Assembly (NCBI GenBank): GCA_013265495.1
Contig: MU062841.1
Coordinates: forward strand, 14,813,200 to 14,877,199
DNA: 64,000 nucleotides
Source: Vicugna vicugna
Taxonomy: Eukaryota
Reading direction: 5' to 3'
The stretch's first letter is position 1. Each line of letters begins with the position of its first letter. Of this stretch, positions 36,341 to 51,639 are shown piece by piece. The notes under the pieces were generated by a model. The model saw nothing but the letters and a program-made list of their open reading frames with translations, did no database searches and was not told the DNA's origin. The position numbers and the translations under genes are program-made.

Positions 36341-37789
36341 AAAGCTCAGTGTTCACTCACCCACCCCAAGAAGAGCAGTGTAAAGAGTTCGATCAAGGAA
36401 GTAGGAAAGAGGATCATTGGAGCATTTCCTTCCCCCACCCCAGGACGGCTGCAGGACTTGTGGTCACCAAGAACTGCTCCTTCTGCAGAACATGACAGTG
36501 ATGATACATTTTCCAAAGTGTTGATTATAACACAATTTGCAGCATGACTCAATTGGTGGATCACACATTTGGCCATAGGTCAGGAGCTTTGGAAGAAAAA
36601 TTGCCACTGGATACCTACTCAGGTTATAACGGATAAAGTCACTGACTAATGTGCCAGATTTTCATTCCAGAAAGTTGACAAACATGCAGTCAGTAATGTG
36701 GTCCCCTTCTTGGACTAGCTCCATGCAAACTGACTGGAGCACACAGTGCGACCTCTGAAATCCATGGAAGAAGTAGGGAATTTATTATCTACACCAACCC
36801 TGTCTGCAGCTCCAGGCTGCACAGGAAGCATGTGAAGCCATCACGCTGATGGATTCAGTTGTGATCAGGAGCGGTGGTGACAAAGTAGGCTGTCAGGAGG
36901 GAGCAAGTCCCCCAGATTCTCTCCTGCAAGGAGGCAACACTGAAAACTACGTTAGGCCTTTTCCTTTCAAAACTTGGCAAAGCGAAATTTGCTGAGAAGT
37001 AAGCAATGCAGTCTGTTTTTAATTCCATTTCTCAAGAAAACCCAGCTAACTTTCATCATGACTTACTGTCTTGTATCTTTCTGGAAATTAACTTTTTAAT
37101 ATAACCTTAACGAAAGATAATCGTGTGTGAAAATCAAATCCAATTGTTAGAATATTTTTCTAGTGAAGTCCTATCCACTTTTTATTATAAAAGTTATTCT
37201 CTGTTGTTCTGAACAGTACCTAGTGCCAAAAACTAAGAAAAACCTGCATTATATTCTCACCATCAGGACCGACTTGTTTAAAGAAATCTGTTTGCAATAA
37301 GTTGCAATGAAGTTTAATGACCCTCTAAAGAAAGATTTAGATGACCCTTTAAGGGAAGATTGAGAAATGAACTACTAGAAGTAGTCATTCATTAACAGAA
37401 AGAAAAACATAAACATGAATGAGGATGGGGGGCAATGAATTGCCTGCCCTTTCTGGGAGGCAGGGAAGTAAAATCCACACTACAGGCACCTGCAGGCTCT
37501 GCTGCCAAGGCCAGTGGCCTGAAGAGCTGACCGCTGGGGGTGTTCCCTGCCCCAGCCTGGGCCCTATGAGCTCAGCCTGCCATATGACGAAGGGCTCCCG
37601 CCAGAGAAGGAGATAAATGTGATCATCTTCATTTCGCCCTGTCCTTCAAATCCCAGCACCCAGCGTCCCCGCCACCACCGCCACAAACTGTGTGGTTTGA
37701 GGCCATCACCTGATCTTTCCCAACAGTTTCTCATCTGTAAATGCAAAGAATAGTCTTCATATTGTGCAGTTGCTGGAAGATTTATTATT

Positions 37790-38070
37790 ATTCAACAAGT
37801 ATTTATTGAATGCCAGGCACTGTTCTAGTCACTGACTAGGACAGACAAGGCCCTTGTTTTCATAGGATTCATATTCTAATAGGATGAGGTCACCATAAGC
37901 CAACAAGAAAGTCGGGTATTAATAAGTTCTAGACAGAAAGTAAAAGGGGGAGAGGTGACCGAGACCCGCAGGCTCACGACATTACATGGGTTGGTCAGGG
38001 AAGCCTGTGTGCGAAGACGATATTTGAGCAGGATTTCAGTGAAGGGCAGAAGGCAACCAGGTGTGCAGAG
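37790..38070 (-). mobile_element. L2 3' end
   Basis: ATTCAACAAGTATTTATTGAATGCCAGGCACTGTTCTAG. Confidence 0.75.
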
Positions 38071-38089
38071 ATCCAGGGGAGAAACCGAG

Positions 38090-39790
38090 TAAAGGGTCCA
38101 GAGGGCTTCTCTGTACTATTTTTGCAGCTTCCTGTGAATCTATAACTATTTCAAAATAAAAAGCTTTTTGAAAACCAATTAACTACTGATACACACCACA
38201 GCCTAGATGAGTGTCAGAATGATTATGCTGAGTGAAAAAAAAACAGATCAAAAAGAGTACCTACTGTATGATTTTATTTATATAAAGTTTTGTAAAGTGT
38301 AAACTGATCCATAGCAGCAGTAAGTGTATCATCAATTGCTGGGTACAGATTAGGAAGGAAGAGGGGACGTTTGGGCAGGAAGCGGTGGGAGGGAGGGATT
38401 ACAAAGGGACGTGGGGAATCTTCTGGGGTGATGGATACACTTATTATCTAGATTGTAGTGATGGTTTCAGGGTGTATACATATGGTAAACTTATTAAACT
38501 GCATACTCTATTGTATTGAAGTTTATTGTATGTTAATTTTATCTTAATAAAGGCACTAAAAAATTAAGTTAAAAAATAAAAATAATAAAAATTTTAAAAG
38601 TAAAATTAAAAATTAAAAAAAGACAAAAAAATTAAGTGCCTAGAAATAAAGCATGCTAAAGATATATAAAGCTTCTACATATAAAACTCTAATATGTTAC
38701 TGTAAGACATTTAGATAGATCTAAATAAATAAATGGGCTTATCATGGTCTTAAATGGGACAACTCCATATTGAAAAGATGACAGTCCTCCTCAAACTGGA
38801 ACTAATCAACATCTAAACTGTTTCTTTCTTAGAAAAGTCAATTTGAAAATGGATATGCGGATGAAAAAAGGCTACGGATAGCCGTGACGCTCTTGAGAAA
38901 TGAGGTAAAAGGTTTTATTTTATCAAAAAAGTGAGGTGCTGCTATGAGGGTAAACCAAGAGACCAGCAGTACAGAATAAAGAGCCCGCATCTGATCTCCA
39001 CACATACATAGGCATGATATTGGACACAGGTGGGAGTGCAGAGTCATTGGGAAATGACCGATAAAAGGCACTGGGTCTGTTGGGTTTCCATAAAAATTCT
39101 TCCCACAAGACACAAAAATCAGCTCCAAGGTGACTTAAACCCAGAAACATGAAACGTAAACCACACAGCTCGGAGAAGACAGTAAAGAAGACCCTCTTCA
39201 TGACCCCAAGGAGGGGAAGATTTTTTTAAACAAGTAACAAAAAGCAGCAATGATAAAGGGAAAGGCAGCAATAAAAGGGAACAAATTATTAAAACTACAT
39301 TAAAATGAAGAATTTACTCACTAAAGGTATTATAAATAGAATGAAAAGACAAGTGACAGAGGTGGAGAACAAGATATTTACAACTAACTAAACTAACTAA
39401 TAAAAATCTTGTCAAAACCACAATGAGGCACCACTACACACCCTGCAGAGTGGCAACATTTTAAGAATCGGTTGGTGTGTATGTGCAGCAACAAAAACCT
39501 CTCACATGCTGCCAGTGGGAGGGTAACCTGATGTACCACTTGGAAAGACGTCTGATATTACCGAGTAAAGATGAGGAGGACAAGGCTGCCACATGGCTTA
39601 GAAATTTCACTTAGTTTATACCCTAAAGAAATTTCTACACATGTGTATCAGTACTGAGTAATATTATACAGAATATGACAACACTGGGGAAATTCCAAAG
39701 TTCTAAACACAGTAAAATGGATACATAAATTTTAGTATTTTCATTCAGTGGAATATTAGATGGATGCCAAGCAGCTAAAAATTAGAAAAG
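38090..39790 (+). mobile_element. Cluster of old L1 (L1MC/L1ME) fragments
   Basis: TCTCTGTACTATTTTTGCAGCTTCCTGTGAATCT; ATGCTGAGTGAAAAAAAAACAGATCAAAAAGAGTACCTACTGTATGATT; decayed ORF2 C-terminus at 38640-39600. Confidence 0.75.
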
Positions 39791-39929
39791 GTCACTGCAC
39801 AGTGATCAGGGCAGAGATGGCTGTCCTCCTGGCAGTGAGAGAGTGAGAGCCCAGGAGGGCTGAGGAGAAAATAAAATAGAGTCTCAGGAACCAGTCAGAG
39901 CAATGGCAGGGAGTGTTCTGGCATGTGTC

Positions 39930-40075
39930 AATGTGTAGCAGACACTGTGCCAGGCTCTTTTTTAGGATAACTCTACCTCCCACAACCATTGGACAAAGTA
40001 GGAATTATTTTGCAGGTAAGGAAATTGATGACTTGCCTGAGGTCACACAGATAGCAAATGACAGAACTGTTGTTT
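39930..40075 (+). mobile_element. MIR
   Basis: ATTTTGCAGGTAAGGAAATTGATGACTTGCCTGAGGTCACACAGATAGCAAATGACAGA. Confidence 0.7.
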
Positions 40076-40100
40076 TAAAACCAGCCACGGGGCAGCAGGA

Positions 40101-40192
40101 GGGGGAGGTAACGGTTCCATGGTAGGGCGCTTGCTTAGCATATATGAGGTCCTGGGTTCAAGCCCCAGTACCTACAGTTTAAAAAGACAAAA
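40101..40192 (+). mobile_element. tRNA-derived SINE
   Basis: GGGGGAGGTAACGG...CTTAGCATATATGAGGTCCTGGGTTCAAGCCCCAGTACC plus A-tail. AAAACCAG flanks at 40077 and 40189. Confidence 0.8.
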
Positions 40193-40489
40193 CCAGGCAT
40201 CAAATCCCACATTCCCTCCATTTAAGTAGAAACTGTTGACTTCCTTGAAACAACCACTCACCACCTCTCCTTTCTGTCCAACCCTGATTTTGTCATGACC
40301 TGCCACCCGCTCCGTGCTGTCGCCTTAGGGATGGCAGAGCAAAAGAGAGTAAGCCTGGGCCCCTGCCCACTGGAGCGCAGCGCAGTTCTGCCACACCAGC
40401 TGGACGTTTTTGCTTCCTTTCATTTATTTTTTCCTTTCTTTTAGTTTGGAAAACAACTCTTAGATTAAGTGGTCCTAGAACTGTTCAGG

Positions 40490-40586
40490 TTTGGGGGGGT
40501 TGTTTGTAGTGTTAATGGATGTCCTGGGGACTGAATTCAGAACCTCATGCATGCTAAGCATGTGCTCGCCACGGAGCTAGACCCCC
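40490..40586 (-). mobile_element. tRNA-derived SINE, diverged
   Basis: Minus-strand ...CTGGGGACTGAATTCAGAACCTCATGCATGCTAAGCATGTGCTC... CAGGTT flanks both ends. Confidence 0.75.
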
Positions 40587-42309
40587 GTCCAGGTTCTTGA
40601 ATCAAGAAGGAAGTGCAGTTAGAAGACACACTTTCCATTTCCTTCTAAACATACATTGCAAGGATTACAGAACCTAGCTCAGTCGACTGTAACATATGCT
40701 GCGTGACCTACAACAGGGCTGGTTGACACAGTCTGCAGAGGATCGCCAAGCAGGAGGGCCTGGCAGTGCCAACGGGCTGCACAGGCAGTGTCCCTGGGGG
40801 AGCCCGTGGGGCCGGCCCCGCATCAGCCCGCCCCCTACTCATTTGCCCTAGGAAGCCCCTAGGCCCCTGCCAGACCGAAGCTCAGGCAGCCCTGTGCCCC
40901 CCGCCTCCCCAGGCTCAGCGCCTCCTCAGACTCCACAGCAGCCCATCCCAAGGTGGAAACCCAGGGCCACCGCACTGTTTCATCCCCACGAACCAAGACC
41001 TGTGGGAAGTCCTGTCAGTCTCACTGCTGTCTGCTGGCACTCTCGTCACCTGGCTCCTGTGCCTTCAACCCCCGGCCCCTCCGCATGCAGCAGCCCCTCC
41101 CCAGCCCCGCGGGGCCTGCAGATGGCAGGTTAGGAAGGACGTCTAGTTGCCCAGAGCTGTGGCTACAGACACAAGGCCTTCTCTTTTTGGGTCCCAGGAC
41201 CCTTTATTCCTTCTCTTTTGTCTCCTTAGAGTTTTCTATAACCTTCAAAGCTGTGCTCTGACTCTGGCCTTTGTGTGTGACCTGTGGTGGGTGGTGTCCC
41301 TGCATCAGCAAAGACCTTGACACAGTGCAGACTTCAGAGAGCAGCTTGGATAAGACCCCAGAGGCTTGGAAAAGTGGGTTAGCCCAGCTTCCACAAGGAC
41401 CATTGGTCCCACTTTAGTTTCTGTTCCAGTGTGGGAACACACTTGCTCCTTAAAACCCTGCAGATCACGTGGGTTGTGCTGACTGGCATTTCTGTCACAG
41501 CCAAAGCCTTCGGCTAATTTGGGGACTGACAGGACTGTGCTCACTCCTTATATAAGCATGGGCCTTCCAGGTCAGGGCCTTGGGTGGGACACCTGCAGCC
41601 TTCGTTTGCCTCTGAATTTTCTGGAATGGAATTGCCTGTTTCTCTCATCTCAAGGTCCTTGGAGAGAGACTGAATAACAAAGGCCATGTCTGGAAGCAAT
41701 TTGGGTTGGGGGAAGGGTGTCTTGAGGCCCATCCAGCCCTTTTCTTCTTTTCCAGACAAGGCAGTGGAGCCGCAGCTGCCTGACTCAGGGCTGTTCTGTA
41801 TAATTGCCCCCAGAAATCCAACTTCTAGAAAAACAATTGGCTTGCAAAGCATTCTAGGCTCATTAGAAGCATAGATGATCAAAATCTGAAATGACTATTT
41901 TTCACTAAGGAAATCTTTCAAGAAGGAATGTAGTAGCAAGAGAGCCAAATGCCTGCCCCCGAGGCCCCAGTAAGGGTGAGAAGAAATGGAGGCCCCTGCG
42001 GTTGTGCAGGTGACGGGAAGCCACATCAGTTTCCACCAGGACCAGCCACTGTCACTCATATTCAATTCCTGCAGCTCCTGCCTCTTAATTCTCAGTTGGG
42101 GTTGAGGCTGGCCCCAGGCACCTTGTCCAGCCTCGCCACCTCCCACAACGCAAACCCACGCTGTGCGACCCTCAGAGCCCCTCCTTAATGACCAGATGGG
42201 GCGCGCTCACTGCCGCCCCCCGCAGCACACCAGCACCCTGATTGGACTTTTACATGTGAAATGAACTTCTGCTTTGTTCAAGCTTCTGTTGTGTTGTCTC
42301 TGCAGGTAA

Positions 42310-42530
42310 ATGCAAAGTTCTAGTTTTGTGTATTTGAAAGTGGCTAAGAGAATATATCTTAAAAGCCCTCATCACAGAAAAAAAATTAATAGTTGATGGA
42401 GTTGCACTAAACTTCCTGTGGTAATCATCACACAAAATATGTATGTATAGAAAATCATCATGTAGTACACCTTAAACTTGTCCAGTGTTATATGTCAATT
42501 ATATCTCAATAAAACCGGAGGGGAAAAAAG
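42310..42530 (+). mobile_element. L1MA/L1MB-type 3' end
   Basis: TGAAAGTGGCTAAGAGAATATATCTTAAAAGCCCTCATCACA...GTTATATGTCAATTATATCTCAATAAAAC. Confidence 0.85.
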
Positions 42531-43989
42531 CTCTGGCAAGCCTAGAGAGAAGCAGAAGCACTCAGTACAGAGTGCTGGCGGTGCGGCAGGTCTCTAGGGA
42601 GCCAGAAGGGGAAGGCCCCAAGTGGCTTTCTTGCTACATCTCTTTGGTGTGGAGTACTTCCCTGCTCCTCTAAGCCTGCCTGTTCCATGGTCTTCCCACA
42701 ATTCAGCTTCCTCTGCTCTCCCCAAAACTTCACCTTGGAAATAAATTTTGCTGACCCTAATGTGAACCTGTAGGTCCACAACCAAAACCAACTAGCGACA
42801 GATTCTTGGTTCAAATTCTCACTAGAGAGAAATGGTCTCTGGCCAGCCAGTGGAGTCATTACTTTTGAATTAAGGGCTGGTTCAGTCACTTCTGGGGTGG
42901 TAGAAAAACCTGCCCTCTGGGGCCATAAGAGGCAGCAGTTTCTCTGAGAACTCATTGACATGTCTCCCTAAGGGGAGAGAGGGGACAGGCAACTCCAGTG
43001 AAGACAAGCTTCACACAGATCTCACTAGCTCCTTGGCTTCTTTCTTTTCAGCAGTAGCCCAAACTTCTTCCTCTGTGAACCTCCCCTTTGAAAGGGATGC
43101 TGTGGTCAGGTGCGTTGCATGGGGTGAGCCAAGGAGGAGGGTATTTGACCAGGGTGGGGGAGTGCTCATGATATGGGGCTAGGGGAAATGCAGCCCAATG
43201 CCCAAGATCAAAGCTAGGGAAAGAGAGATTCACTGCCAAGTCCAAAGGTCAGAGGCAGAATGGAAAATCGGACACAGAGCCAAGGTCAGAAGCCAGCAGA
43301 ACTGGAAAAGTGGAGACAGGCCAGGGAACAAGACCAGGTCGGGATGACGGCTGCTGAGAGTGAGCTGGCAGCAAGCCTAGCTTCAGTGGCTCTCAGCCGA
43401 GGCTCACATGCAGAAGAGTCCCAGTGAAGACAGGGCCTGCTGGGTTTAAGTCATATCACCAAGGGGGAAAAGGAGAAACCATGGTTTCCTTAATCAGGTC
43501 CCAAACTTCCCTATGTTGTACACGAGATTGTGGACATTTGTGTATTTTCTGAGATTGTTAAAGGGAACAGCGCCCCCAAAGGGTTAGTTTACGGTTTGGC
43601 TCTGATCATCCAGCGAGGACGATCACCGCGGGCTCAGTCTTGGCAGAGGCCCCGAGCGGCTACAGGTCTTGGCCACCCACCGAAGGGACAGTCTCCCTAC
43701 CACGCGTGTCCCAAGGGCTCACAGTAGCACTGCCGCCATCTGATTCCTCCGAGGAACGCCAAGCCCCGGGCCTGAAAGAGGATGAGCTTAGTAAACGACG
43801 GAGGATGGACAGACGGGCGGAGGGACAGATTAAAACAGAGTGGGTGTGACTTGTGCCCCTCAGAGGTACTGCAGGCGCAGCTCACATGGGACACAGACTG
43901 GCTCAAAGATCAACGTGAGGTTTGCCCGCTTCTTCAAAATCCGTCTGTTTGGTCTTACGGGGAAAACTAACGTATCCTTGCCCCTCTAT

Positions 43990-44800
<811 letters not shown>

Positions 44801-45594
44801 ATAGTCTCTTGCAAATCCCACTCAGCCTGACTCAGAGTTCGAGCCTCCTTCGTTCCAGTCACTGCTCATTTGGCCGCTGCTCTCTTGCAGTCAGAGATGC
44901 TTGGTCTTACCGTTTTTGCAACACTCTTCTTCCTCTTGCTTCTGAACTACTTGAAGGAGTGGTCGCTGCCTTTAGCTACCGAGTTACTTTCTTTACACCT
45001 TGTTTCCTCTTCCGTAACGCCATAGTCTGGAGACCACCATTCTGCTGAAACTTCTCAAAGCTCACCGGAGACTTGTTGATTTTCATATTCAGCTGCCTTT
45101 TTAAATCTTCACTGTCAGCTCTCTGCAGCCTTCCACGCGTTAAGCACTTCCTTATCCTTAACACTCTTCTCTTCCCTTGACCTCAGTGACATTGCATATT
45201 TTGGAGTCTACCAAATCACAGAGCCTCCTTTCTTTGTCTTCCTCTCCAGCGTGTCATTATTCTCTTTACACTAACTTTAGTCCCTGTCAGTTCTACTTGA
45301 ATGTCTTGCCGTCACCTCAAAAGCACTATACAAAAGCAGGCCTTTTATTCTGCAAGTATTCTACTAGTTCCTGTGAGTATTGGGACAGGATGAGCAAGGT
45401 AGAGCAAAGATCCTGAAGATTAAATGAAATAGTCCATGTTATTTAGCATGGTGTCTGCTTTCAAGAGCAGACACCAGATGTTAGCTAGTATTTGTTAAAT
45501 CGATTAGGACGTTTATTGTTTCTTCCGGTGTATCTTCTTTAATCTCCTCGTTTAAGTTCAAGCCCTTTCACCTGCATCCTTATCAGCTTCATAA

Positions 45595-45735
45595 TTGTTC
45601 TCCCTGGCTTTGTGCGCATTCATTCAACAAATACTCATCAACTACGTGGTATGTGTCAGGTCTGTGCTAAGTTCTGAGGATACAGGGATGGATGAAGCAA
45701 GGTCCCAGACTCATTTGTTGGAAACAAATATATTC
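45595..45735 (-). mobile_element. L2 3' end (ADPGK intron 1)
   Basis: CATTCATTCAACAAATACTCATCAACTACGTGGTATGTGTCAGGTCTGTGCTAAG. Confidence 0.7.
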
Positions 45736-45740
45736 ATTAT

Positions 45741-46059
45741 TGTATTAGCCTGCTTGGCTATCATAACAGGATACCACAGACTGGGTGAGTACATTTATTT
45801 TCTCGCAATTCTAGAGGCTGATAGTTCAAGATCAAGTCCTCTCTTCTGGGCTTGCAGATGGCTGCCTTCTTGCTGCGTACTCCTGTGGCCTTTCCTCTGT
45901 TCATGTGCACTTCTGGTTTCACTTCTACTTCTTAAACCGACACTCATTAGATAATGGCCTCATTTGACCTTAATCACCTCCCCCAAATGCAGTGACCTTT
46001 GTGATTAGGACTTCAGCATATGAATTGGGAGAGAGGAGGACTCAGGGCTGGCCATAATA
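45741..46059 (-). mobile_element. MaLR LTR (MLT1A/B-like)
   Basis: TGTATTAGCCTGCTTGGCTATCATAACAGGATACCACAGACTGGGTG...GACTTCAGCATATGAATT. Confidence 0.8.
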
Positions 46060-46179
46060 TGTATGAAAAGTGCTTTGCTAAACTATGGGTTGGAACAAGG
46101 TAGCCTGTGTCCCAAAGAAGAATTGCTGATTCTTCCCAGGATGGGGTTCAGGAAACGCTCCATCTGAGGAGGTGACATT

Positions 46180-46685
46180 CCATTTATTACTGCTCCATCG
46201 CAAATCGCTCCAAAACTTAGTAGCTTAAAACAATGGTCATTTTATTCTCATGATTCTGAGGTTCTTTTGGGCTCGGCTAGGCAGTTCTCACTTGGGGTTT
46301 TGTGCGATTTCAGGCAGAGGATGGCTGGGACTGGAGTCATCTAAAGGGTTGATTGTGGTTGTCAGCTTACAGCCTCAGCTGTGGTTTCACTTGAACGCCT
46401 ACACATGGTTTCTCTATGTAGCTATTTAGTTTTCTCTCAGCAGGGTGACTGGGTTCGGAGAGGGAATGCCCCACGAGGGCCAGGCAGAAGGATTAATTAA
46501 TGCCTTTTATGACCTAACCTTAGAAGCACACAGTGTCCTTTCTACCATAGTCTCAGGTCCAAATGGTTTTAAGGGAAGGGGACACAGAACACACCTGGAT
46601 GGGAAGAATGTCGGCCCCACATTGTAAAAAGACCACGTGGGAAGGGGCATCTTGTGGCCATCTTGGAAAATATATTCTGCAGTAG
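46180..46685 (-). mobile_element. MaLR LTR (MLT1G/H-like)
   Basis: CAAAACTTAGTAGCTTAAAACAA...TTTTATGACCTAACCTTAGAAG...GTGGCCATCTTGGAAAATA. Confidence 0.8.
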
Positions 46686-49600
46686 TGACTTGCATGGGAC
46701 AGACCCTGGAGGAAAAATAGAATTTCTCCACAAGAAGGTGAGGGAATAAGCCCACCTAGACAGAGAGAACCAAATATGAAAAAGTATGTGGCTTGGGTGG
46801 GAATAGCAGGTTGGCCCTGTGTTTAGGGCAAGGACCTTATGGTAGAGTGGAGTCAGGAGAGGATGCTGAAAGGAGCCTTTTATATCAAGGTAGGTGATGG
46901 GAAGGCCATAAAGGTTTATAAGGTAAATGATGCTAAGTTCTTTGCAGAGAAAAACTGGTGGGGATACGAAATTTGAGTAGTGTTTCTGACCTATTTGCCT
47001 CATGTCTAAGGCTTGGCATTATTTTTGTGGGTAAGAGACACCCATTCTTACCAGCATTTCTCATTACCCAAAGGGATCTTCAGCCTGAAGATGGGAATGT
47101 GCAAGGAGTAGGTGGGTCTGGCGCTCGTACCAGAATCTCATGGGGGTGGGTTGTAGTTTGACCTTTCAGGAGAACACACACATGCACACACGTATATTCA
47201 CTCTCTCTTTCACACACTCAAAACACACAATCTAATGTGATTCAGAAAGAGGAAGGTCTTGAGACCCCGATAGTAATTAGGAGCCCGTCGAGCTTGTTTG
47301 GCAATGGTGCTAAACAGGCGAGATTTGATGGCAGGCTGGGTGTGCTAGAGTAAATGGAGGCAGTCAGAAAGGACAGGTTTTTAGTATTGGGGATCTTATA
47401 ACAAACTCATATAAGCAGATACAGATCATCCGGTTTTCACAGAGAGTAAACTGGGGCTTGGAAACATTGGTTTGCTCAAGAACATCCTATCAAATGCCAG
47501 AGGTGCAGCTTAAACCCATCCTGGCTCCAAGTTCATGACACATTGTTGAGAGGTGAAGAAAAAGGAACAAGTCTGTGGTGGAAGGTGACCGTTTGGGTTT
47601 CGGGGCAGGGGAAATGTACAGTCCTGTGGGATTTTAGAGGGAGCTGAGCCACCGTCAGAGCTGCTGAAGGCAGGTGCCGACAGCGAAAGGCTGGAGCGCA
47701 GGCGTGTGCTGAGGAGCAGGGTCGCAGACCTTGGCGGTGCCAGCACTTAGGTTGAAGCCAGAGACTGGACAGCATCACCCAGGAAGAGGACAAAAAGGAA
47801 AGGTAAATGGGGGGTGCAGGGCGGGTGTCTGGGAGCACCGGCATGTGACGGCGAGAAGTAAAGGACAGGAGGGGTTTCAAGAAGATGGTCAGTGGGGAGC
47901 CCACGGCCACACCTTTCTAAAACGTGTGCTGCCTTCCTTGCTTCAGAATCCGACACTGGTCCTCAGGCTCACTGGGTGAATGAGGGATCCCTCACCCTAG
48001 CGTTTGCTCCCCCATACATTTGAAACCTGTCTTGCTCTTCTCCCCTGCTCAGACTCTCTCTTCTCAGTGTTCTTGTTGTGTCCAGACACAAGGCCCACAT
48101 CTTTGCTGTGTGTGCTCCCTGTGTGGGCTTCAGTATCAGATAAGTCTGGGTTTGAATTCAGGCTTCTCCAGGTGTGGCGTTTGCAATGACAGTTAACCCC
48201 CAGCCTTTCTCAGCTGAAAGCAGTGATGACTAACTTCCCTGTCCACTTGGTGTGGTCTCCGAAAATGCCCACCATCTTTCTCTGTTCAGAGCACCACCCA
48301 GGGTGCGGTCCCGGGACTGCGGCTCCTGCCCTCTTGGGTTTTCTTCTCTCCAGTGATTACGATTAACTCTCATAATCTCTCAGGTGTAGTGCGAAAGCTG
48401 GAGAGAACCTTAGGAAACAATTTTACAGTTGATGAATCAGAAGGGAGGTGATAAGAACCACCATCCTTGCCTTTAAGGAATTTGTAACCTGGGAGGATCG
48501 ACTGTCCTCCCACCCCACCGGTCTCTGTGAAACGCCCGGCAGCCCGGCCCACGGCGCCCTCTCGGCCACGCACGGAGCCGCGTGTTTGGGCATCGGCCTC
48601 TGGTGCCTTGTTCTGTTTTCCAGTAGCTTCACCTGTGTCTGTTTTCTCCAAGCCCGCGTTGCAATCTTTTACACATTTCTTACTGAACTGTGACGTTCTG
48701 CCTACGTGTCACATGAGCATAATTTTTCCCTTCTGGTTCTTTTGTTCACTCCCCTCCCCCTTTATTTTCCCTGATGATAAAACACCTTAGGTAACGGGCT
48801 TGTTTACATTTTAGTGTCTGTTGAGTTGAAGTAAGCACGGAGGAAGAGTCTCATTCTGGCTGCAGTAATGTAAAACATTACCAGAAAGCACATGTAACAG
48901 TTCTTTGTTTGGTATCCGGCCCATAGTAGGTGTTCAGTGGTCTTTTTTTTATTATAAAAAGCTACCAAATAAGTGTTCTCCTAAGATTGTTTATTTTCCC
49001 TTAGTATTCATGACAGGGTTAAGTGGGAGACGGAAAACGTTCCTGTGGTAGTTACATTGTTGTAACTCAAAATCAGTTCTGGGTTTTTGTCTTTTGTGCT
49101 GCAAAATATGCTGAACGTTGCTCCATTCAGTTTTGTTTTTTAGTAACTTTGCGAACGTCACCGCCTGCAGCCTCACCTTTAAAGAATCAAACTCTGTTTA
49201 AGGTCTCAGCAGAACTAGATATGAAGTGATGTGTTTGCTGAAGTCGTTTCCAGGTGTAGGTATATTCCTTTTGAATATATTCTGAGCTTTTGCTCTCCAG
49301 ACCCAGGACCCAGGTCCATCTGAGCACCTTCTCTGGGTGGGGCCGCTCGGTGGGAGTAGCACCGCCCTCAGCTGCCCAAACTCACTGTGAAACTCGGGCA
49401 CCTGCTGGCGTCTGAGAGCAGGGTGACCTGTATTCCTGTTAAGATCCTACCCTTCAGGCATGGAATGTTGCATCCAGTAGAGATAGAGCATGCTCTGTGT
49501 GACGTGGGATTGAGACCGGTTTACACGATGTGTTTGGTTATCATGTAAGGCTGCGAAAGGAATATGTTTTAAACATATTAATCACCTGCCACATGCATGC

Positions 49601-50731
49601 CAATGTGTTCTGCGTGCTGAAAGGCATACGCACTCTTAGATATGCTTTTCCAGTTGGCCAGAGTAATTATATGTGTGTTTGACTTTAAAAGATTAAGAAC
49701 ATTTGAGTATTTAAGTGCTGTGTGGTAGGCAAAACCCTTTTCAAAAACTTGAAATCACAGGGGAGGAAGTTACAAGAGTCCTTACGGTGAGGATGCAGTC
49801 ATTTTGTGTCATGAGGAGGGATGTCTCTCTTCCTTGCCCGAGTGATACAAATAATATCTAGCTGACATGGGAACCTTTAAAAAATTGAGTTCTAAAAGTA
49901 ATGCATGCTTGTAAAAATTAAAATCTATGTAATGAAAAATAAAATTCCTCTTCCTTACCCCGATCTTATTCCTCATCTTAGAGTTCACCACATTAATGAT
50001 TTGCGATCAGGAGATTTTTAAAGGAGACTAGAAGGGAAACCTTGTAGCTCTTTATTTTACACTACAGTCCAGTCCATTGAGCCTTCTTTATTAATGAGTT
50101 TACCTTCTGGTTTCAAAGCATTTGTAACTTCTCTTTCAAGGGATGACTTAGCAGAGAAACACTGAAAATGTAAGCCAGAACTTTTCCATGCACACATAGG
50201 AGAGGCCATGCTAGACAACCTTAGTGTGCACTTTATGATGTCTGTAGAGCCAACCACTGGCTTCTTACCAGCCTTTTAAAGTTCATGGAGTGTCCAGTGA
50301 ACACCTGCCAAGTGATGAGTTGTCATGAGGCTTCAGGTGCACCTGAATCTATAAGGTGCTACTCAGCTCTAAGGATTTCAACAGGGAGTATTTAGACATT
50401 TAGGTACTTAGTGTATTTTGCCGCCATCCTGATGTGTCTTTAGAGGGAAAGTGGCTTTTGACCAAAACTTTTATTCCTTACTCTGCAGCAAGCAATGTTC
50501 CTAAGCGTGTGCTAACTTATTCGATCTTCACAGTGGCCCTGTGAGTTATATACTCACATCACATCATTTTATACATGAGGAGACTGAGACAGAGAAATTA
50601 AAGTGACTCCTGAGTCACACAGCCAGGGTGAATCCAGACACCTGGCTCTGCCACATTTTCTCAAGAGGCTGTTTGTGTTACCATGATAGCTTCGTTCTGA
50701 AGTGCTGAGCACCTGTCTTGTCTCTTTGTAG

Positions 50732-51211
<480 letters not shown>

Positions 51212-51639
51212 TGAGTTAAGCTAGGGTGGGAAAGATGCCTTGTTTGTATGGTTTCAAGACGCGACCAAGCAGTGTTTCTTTCCAGTTTGCCCAAGAGGGT
51301 GACTGTTGGGAATTTGTTCTGTAATGTTTTCTCTTTCTGTAGAACCGTGTATCTGACCTTCCTTTAACTCTCCTATTTCTAGTCATTTCAATTCAGCCAG
51401 CAGTTATGAAGCATCTTTGCTAAAATTTTGTTCCTGGGTTATCCATTATATTGCTCTTTTAGTACGTTTCCCAAGCTTAAGATAGGAAAAATTTCTACTC
51501 CTAACTTGTTTGGGTATTGCTGTGATCTTAGCATGGCTGGGTCCTTCCTGAGCAGAACAAGGCCACATCCATGGAGAACTGGTTCTAGGCTTGGCCTGGG
51601 AGACGGGGAGCTGGGTCCTCACCTCTGCTCTGCTGGTCC

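Noticed and set aside
42190-42225. CTCF-like GC-rich motif
   Set aside because: Several mismatches to the core in both orientations. Too weak to call without ChIP data.
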